Shown: positions 57,601 to 64,000 of the stretch, piece after piece
Layout: every line of letters starts with the position of its first letter
How positions within the stretch are numbered: the first letter of the stretch is position 1
Assembly (NCBI GenBank): GCA_964057225.1
Contig: OZ059898.1
Span: 9,486,001-9,550,000 of the forward strand
Source: Auanema rhodensis
Lineage: Eukaryota > Animalia > Nematoda
Direction of reading: 5' to 3'
Length of the DNA stretch: 64,000 nucleotides
Position numbers and translations under genes: made by a program
Notes under the pieces: generated by a model
What the model was told of the DNA's origin: nothing
Seen by the model: the letters and a program-made list of their open reading frames with translations, nothing else
Database searches by the model: none

Positions 57601-60600
57601 ACGATTAGAAGACAATTGTAAGTTTCGGAAAAGAATTAAAGTTTGGCTCTCTCTACTATTAACTGATTGTCGGCTAAATTATGGTAACAGTTTTTATTAA
57701 AAGTTTCCATGGTTATGATTAAACAAAGAAAAAAGAATCAAAGAGAAACACTTCTTGTTTACTTATTTGATTATAATACTTGAAATTCCGAAAACAGTAG
57801 AATAAAATCAAGAAAGCGACAAAAACAGTTGACGATTAGAAGACGATTGTAAGTTTTAGAAAATAATTAAAGTTTAGCTCTCTCTACTATTAACTGATTG
57901 TCGGCTAAATTATGGTAACAGTTTTTATTAAAAGTTTCCATGATTATGATTAAACAAAGAGAAAAGAATCAAAGAGAAACACTTCTTGTTTACTTATTTG
58001 ATTATAATACTTGAAATTCCGAAAACAGTAGAATAAAATCAAGAAAGCGACAAAAACAGTTGACGATTAGAAGACGATTGTAAGTTTTAGAAAATAATTA
58101 AAGTTTAGCTCTCTCTACTATTAACTGATTGTCGGCTAAATTATGGTAACAGTTTTTATTAAAAGTTTCCATGATTATGATTAAACAAAGAAAAAAGAAT
58201 CAAAGAGAAACACTTCTTGTTTACTTATTTGATTATAATACTTGAAATTCCGAAAACAGTAGAATAAAATCAAGAAAGCGACAAAAACAGTTTAACGATT
58301 AGAAGACGATTGTAAGTTTTAGAAAATAATAAAAGTTTAGCTCTCTCTACTATTAACTGATTGTCGGCTAAATTATGGTAACAGTTTTTATTAAAAGTTT
58401 CCATGATTATGATTAAACAAAAAAAGAAGAATCAAAAGAGTCTCTTCTTGTTTATTTATTTGATTATAATACTTGAAATTCCGAAAACAGTAGAATAAAA
58501 TCAAGAAAGCGACAAAAACAGTTGAATGATTAGAAGACGATTGTAAGTTTTAGAAAATAATAAAAGTTTAGCTCTCTCGGTTATTATCTGATTGTCGGCT
58601 AAAGTATGGTAACAGTTTTTATTAAAAGTTTCCATGATTATGATTAAACAAAGAAAAAAGAATCAAAGAGAAACACTTCTTGTTTATTTATTTGATTATA
58701 ATACTTGAAATTCCAAAAACAGTAGAATAAAATCGAGAAAGCGACATAAACAGTTGAACGATTACAACACGATTGTAAGTTTTAGAAAATAATTAAAGTT
58801 TAGCTCTCTCGGTTATTATCTGATTGTCGGCTAAAGTATGGTAACAGTTTTTATTAAAAGTTTCCATGATTATGATTAAACAAAGAAAAAAGAATCAAAG
58901 AGAAACACTTCTTGTTTACTTATTTGATTATAATACTTGAAATTCCGAAAACAGTAGAATAAAATTGAGAAAGCGACAAAAACAGTTGAACGATTAGAAG
59001 ACGATTGTAAGTTTTAGAAAATAATAAAAGTTTAGCTCTCTCTACTATTAACTGATTGTCGGCTAAATTATGGTAACAGTTTTTATTAAAAGTTTCCATG
59101 ATTATGATTAAACAAAAAAAGAAGAATCAAAAGAGTCTCTTCTTGTTTATTTATTTGATTATAATACTTGAAATTCCGAAAACAGTAGAATAAAATCGAG
59201 AAAGCGACATAAACAGTTGAACGATTACAACACGATTGTAAGTTTTAGAAAATAATTAAAGTTTAGCTCTCTCTACTATTAACTGATTGTCGGCTAAATT
59301 ATGGTAACAGTTTTTATTAAAAGTTTCCATGATTATGATTAAACAAAGAGAAAAGAATCAAAGAGAAACACTTCTTGTTTACTTATTTGATTATAATACT
59401 TGAAATTCCGAAAACAGTAGAATAAAATCAAGAAAGCGACAAAAACAGTTTAACGATTAGAAGACGATTGTAAGTTTTAGAAAATAATAAAAGTTTAGCT
59501 CTCTCTACTATTAACTGATTGTCGGCTAAATTATGGTAACAGTTTTTATTAAAAGTTTCCATGATTATGATTAAACAAAAAAAGAAGAATCAAAAGAGTC
59601 TCTTCTTGTTTATTTATTTGATTATAATACTTGAAATTCCGAAAACAGTAGAATAAAATCAAGAAAGCGACAAAAACAGTTGAATGATTAGAAGACGATT
59701 GTAAGTTTTAGAAAATAATAAAAGTTTAGCTCTCTCTACTATTAACTGATTGTCGGCTAAATTATGGTAACAGTTTTTATTAAAAGTTTCCATGATTATG
59801 ATTTAACAAAGAAAAAAGAATCAAAAGAGTCTCTTCTTGTTTATTTATTTGATTATAATACTTGAAATTCCGAAAACAGTAGAATAAAATTGAGAAAGCG
59901 ACAAAAACAGTTGAACGATTAGAAGACAATTGTAAGTTTTGGAAAAGAATTAAAGTTTAGCTCTCTCTACTATTAACTGATTGTCGGCTAAATTATGGTA
60001 ACAGTTTTTATTAAAAGTTTCCATGATTATGATTAAACAAAGAAAAAAGAATAAAAAGAGTCACTTCTTGTTTATTTATTTGATTATAATACTTGAAATT
60101 CCGAAAACAGTAGAATAAAATTGAGAAAGCGACAAAAACAGTTGAACGATTAGAAGACAATTGTAAGTTTCGGAAAAGAATTAAAGTTTGGCTCTCTCTA
60201 CTATTAACTGATTGTCGGCTAAATTATGGTAACAGTTTTTATTAAAAGTTTCCATGGTTATGATTAAACAAAGAAAAAAGAATCAAAGAGAAACACTTCT
60301 TGTTTATTTATTTGATTATAATACTTGAAATTCCAAAAACAGTAGAATAAAATTGAGAAAGCGACATAAACAGTTGAACGATTAGAAGACGATTGTAAGT
60401 TTTAGAAAAGAAATAAAGTTTAGCTCTCTCGGTTATTATCTGATTGTCGGCTAAAGTATGGTAACAGTTTTTATTAAAAGTTTCCATGATTATGATTAAA
60501 CAAAGAAAAAAGAATCAAAGAGAAACACTTCTTGTTTATTTATTTGATTATAATACTTGAAATTCCAAAAACAGTAGAATAAAATCGAGAAAGCGACATA

Positions 60601-63600
60601 AACAGTTGAACGATTACAACACGATTGTAAGTTTTAGAAAATAATTAAAGTTTAGCTCTCTCTACTATTAACTGATTGTCGGCTAAATTATGGTAACAGT
60701 TTTTATTAAAAGTTCCCATGATTATGATTAAACAAAGAAAAAAGAATCAAAGAGAAACACTTCTTGTTTATTTATTCGATTATAATACTTGAAATTCCAA
60801 AAACAGTAGAATAAAATCGAGAAAGCGACATAAACAGTTGAACGATTACAACACGATTGTAAGTTTTAGAAAATAATTAAAGTTTAGCTCTCTCTACTAT
60901 TAACTGATTGTCGGCTAAATTATGGTAACAGTTTTTATTAAAAGTTTCCATGATTATGATTAAACAAAGAGAAAAGAATCAAAGAGAAACACTTCTTGTT
61001 TACTTATTTGATTACAATACTTGAAATTCCGAAAACAGTAGAATAAAATTGAGAAAGCGACAAAAACAGTTGAACGATTAGAAGACAATTGTAAGTTTTG
61101 GAAAAGAATTAAAGTTTAGCTCTCTCTACTATTAACTGATTGTCGGCTAAATTATGGTAACAGTTTTTATTAAAAGTTTCCATGATTATGATTAAACAAA
61201 GAAAAAAGAATAAAAAGAGTCACTTCTTGTTTATTTATTTGATTATAATACTTGAAATTCCGAAAACAGTAGAATAAAATTGAGAAAGCGACAAAAACAG
61301 TTGAACGATTAGAAGACAATTGTAAGTTTCGGAAAAGAATTAAAGTTTGGCTCTCTCTACTATTAACTGATTGTCGGCTAAATTATGGTAACAGTTTTTA
61401 TTAAAAGTTTCCATGGTTATGATTAAACAAAGAAAAAAGAATCAAAGAGAAACACTTCTTGTTTATTTATTTGATTATAATACTTGAAATTCCAAAAACA
61501 GTAGAATAAAATTGAGAAAGCGACATAAACAGTTGAACGATTAGAAGACGATTGTAAGTTTTAGAAAAGAAATAAAGTTTAGCTCTCTCGGTTATTATCT
61601 GATTGTCGGCTAAAGTATGGTAACAGTTTTTATTAAAAGTTTCCATGATTATGATTAAACAAAGAAAAAAGAATCAAAGAGAAACACTTCTTGTTTATTT
61701 ATTTGATTATAATACTTGAAATTCCAAAAACAGTAGAATAAAATCGAGAAAGCGACATAAACAGTTGAACGATTACAACACGATTGTAAGTTTTAGAAAA
61801 TAATTAAAGTTTAGCTCTCTCTACTATTAACTGATTGTCGGCTAAATTATGGTAACAGTTTTTATTAAAAGTTCCCATGATTATGATTAAACAAAGAAAA
61901 AAGAATCAAAGAGAAACACTTCTTGTTTATTTATTCGATTATAATACTTGAAATTCCAAAAACAGTAGAATAAAATTGAGAAAGCGACATAAACAGTTGA
62001 ACGATTAGAAGACGATTGTAAGTTTTGGAAAAGAATTAAAGTTTAGCTCTCTCTACTATTAACTGATTGTCGGCTAAATTATGGTAACAGTTTTTATTAA
62101 AAGTTTCCATGATTATGATTAAACAAAGAGAAAAGAATCAAAGAGAAACACTTCTTGTTTACTTATTTGATTACAATACTTGAAATTCCGAAAACAGTAG
62201 AATAAAATCAAGAAAGCGACAAAAACAGTTGAACGATTAGAAGACGATTGTAAGTTTTAGAAAATAATAAAAGTTTAGCTCTCTCTACTATTAACTGATT
62301 GTCGGCTAAATTATGGTAACAGTTTTTATTAAAAGTTTCCATGATTATGATTAAACAAAGAAAAAAGAATCAAAGAGAAACACTTCTTGTTTATTTATTC
62401 GATTATAATACTTGAAATTCCAAAAACAGTAGAATAAAATTGAGAAAGCGACATAAACAGTTGAACGATTAGAAGACGATTGTAAGTTTTGGAAAAGAAT
62501 TAAAGTTTAGCTCTCTCTACTATTAACTGATTGTCGGCTAAATTATGGTAACAGTTTTTATTAAAAGTTTCCATGATTATGATTAAACAAAGAGAAAAGA
62601 ATCAAAGAGAAACACTTCTTGTTTACTTATTTGATTATAATACTTGGAATTCCTAAAACAGTAGAATAAAATCAAGAAAGCGACAAAAACAGTTGAACGA
62701 TTAGAAGACGATTGTAAGTTTTAGAAAATAATTAAAGTTTAGCTCTCTCTACTATTAACTGATTGTCGGCTAAATTATGGTAACAGTTTTTATTAAAAGT
62801 TCCCATGATTATGATTAAACAAAGAAAAAAGAATCAAAGAGAAACACTTCTTGTTTATTTATTCGATTATAATACTTGAAATTCCAAAAACAGTAGAATA
62901 AAATTGAGAAAGCGACATAAACAGTTGAACGATTAGAAGACGATTGTAAGTTTTAGAAAATAATTAAAGTTTAGCTCTCTCTACTATTAACTGATTGTCG
63001 GCTAAATTATGGTAACAGTTTTTATTAAAAGTTTCCATGATTATGATTAAACAAAGAGAAAAGAATCAAAGAGAAACACTTCTTGTTTACTTATTTGATT
63101 ATAATACTTGAAATTCCGAAAACAGTAGAATAAAATCAAGAAAGCGACAAAAACAGTTGAACGATTAGAAGACGATTGTAAGTTTTAGAAAATAATAAAA
63201 GTTTAGCTCTCTCTACTATTAACTGATTGTCGGCTAAATTATGGTAACAGTTTTTATTAAAAGTTTCCATGATTATGATTAAACAAAGAAAAATGAATCA
63301 AAAGAGTCTCTTCTTGTTTATTTATTTGATTATAATACTTGAAATTCCGAAAACAGTAGAATAAAATCAAGAAAGCGACAAAAACAGTTGAATGATTAGA
63401 AGACAATTGTAAGTATTAGAAAATAATTAAAGTTTAGCTCTCTCTACTATTAACTGGTTGTCGGCTAAAGTATGGTGACAGTTTTTATTAAAAGTTTCCA
63501 TGATTATGATTAAACAAAGAAAAAAGAATCAAAAGAGTCACTTCTTGTTTATTTATTTGATTATAATACTTGAAATTCCGAAAACAGTAGAATAAAATTG

Positions 63601-64000
63601 AGAAAGCGACAAAAACAGTTGAACGATTAGAAGACAATTGTAAGTTTTGGAAAAGAATTAAAGTTTAGCTCTCTCTACTATTAACTGATTGTCGGCTAAA
63701 TTATGGTAACAGTTTTTATTAAAAGTTTCCATGGTTATGATTAAACAAAGAAAAAAGAATCGAAAGAGTCACTTCTTGTTTATTTATTTGATTATAATAC
63801 TTGAAATTCCGAAAACAGTAGAATAAAATTGAGAAAGCGACAAAAACAGTTGATTTTTGAAGACAATTGTAAGTTTTAGAAAAGAAATAAAGTTTAGCTC
63901 TCTCGGTTATGATCTGATTGTCGGCTAAAGTATGGTAACAGTTTTTATTAAAAGTTTCCATGATTATGATTAAGCAAAGAAAAAAGAATCAAAAGAGTCA
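48641..64000. repeat. Satellite DNA array, 231-232-bp monomer, ~66 copies, continuing past the window end
   Basis: GGTAACAGTTTTTATTAAAAG recurs at 48876, 49107, 49339, 49571, 49802, 50034, 50266 and onward. Confidence 0.98.

Noticed and set aside
48641-64000. CRISPR-like array, or ORF 63719-63961
   Set aside because: Contiguous tandem monomers with no unique spacers, in a eukaryotic context; the ORF is a chance frame in satellite.

Overview
AT-rich eukaryotic DNA made entirely of nested mobile elements and satellite. It is most likely nematode, judging from the 40-46 bp introns with TTTCAG-type acceptors and the nematode-type TE families. No host housekeeping gene is visible. The central structure is a nest. 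A BEL/Pao LTR retroelement with a phlebovirus-like Gn/Gc envelope (12105-40738, 5-bp TSD GCAGT) is interrupted by a partial Polinton/Maverick. A complete 15.6-kb Polinton of the same family is inserted into that partial copy (13396-29038, ~0.9-1.1 kb TIRs, 6-bp TSD GTGGTC). The complete copy encodes integrase, packaging ATPase, minor and major capsid, adenain-like protease, a core protein, a C2H2 zinc-finger ORF, a 14-exon protein-primed PolB with one GC-AG intron, and a spliced accessory gene with a D-box and CDK sites. The flanks hold two inverted copies of a Gypsy element whose single ORF places a herpesvirus-gB-like glycoprotein, TM helix and PTAP motif directly upstream of the protease. 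They also hold a second Gypsy family, split hAT transposase remnants, two Tc1 (DD34E) elements, one maT (DD37D) element and tRNA-Gln-like relics. A ~232-bp satellite fills 48.6-64 kb. All calls come from manual reading and motif recognition; no searches were run.
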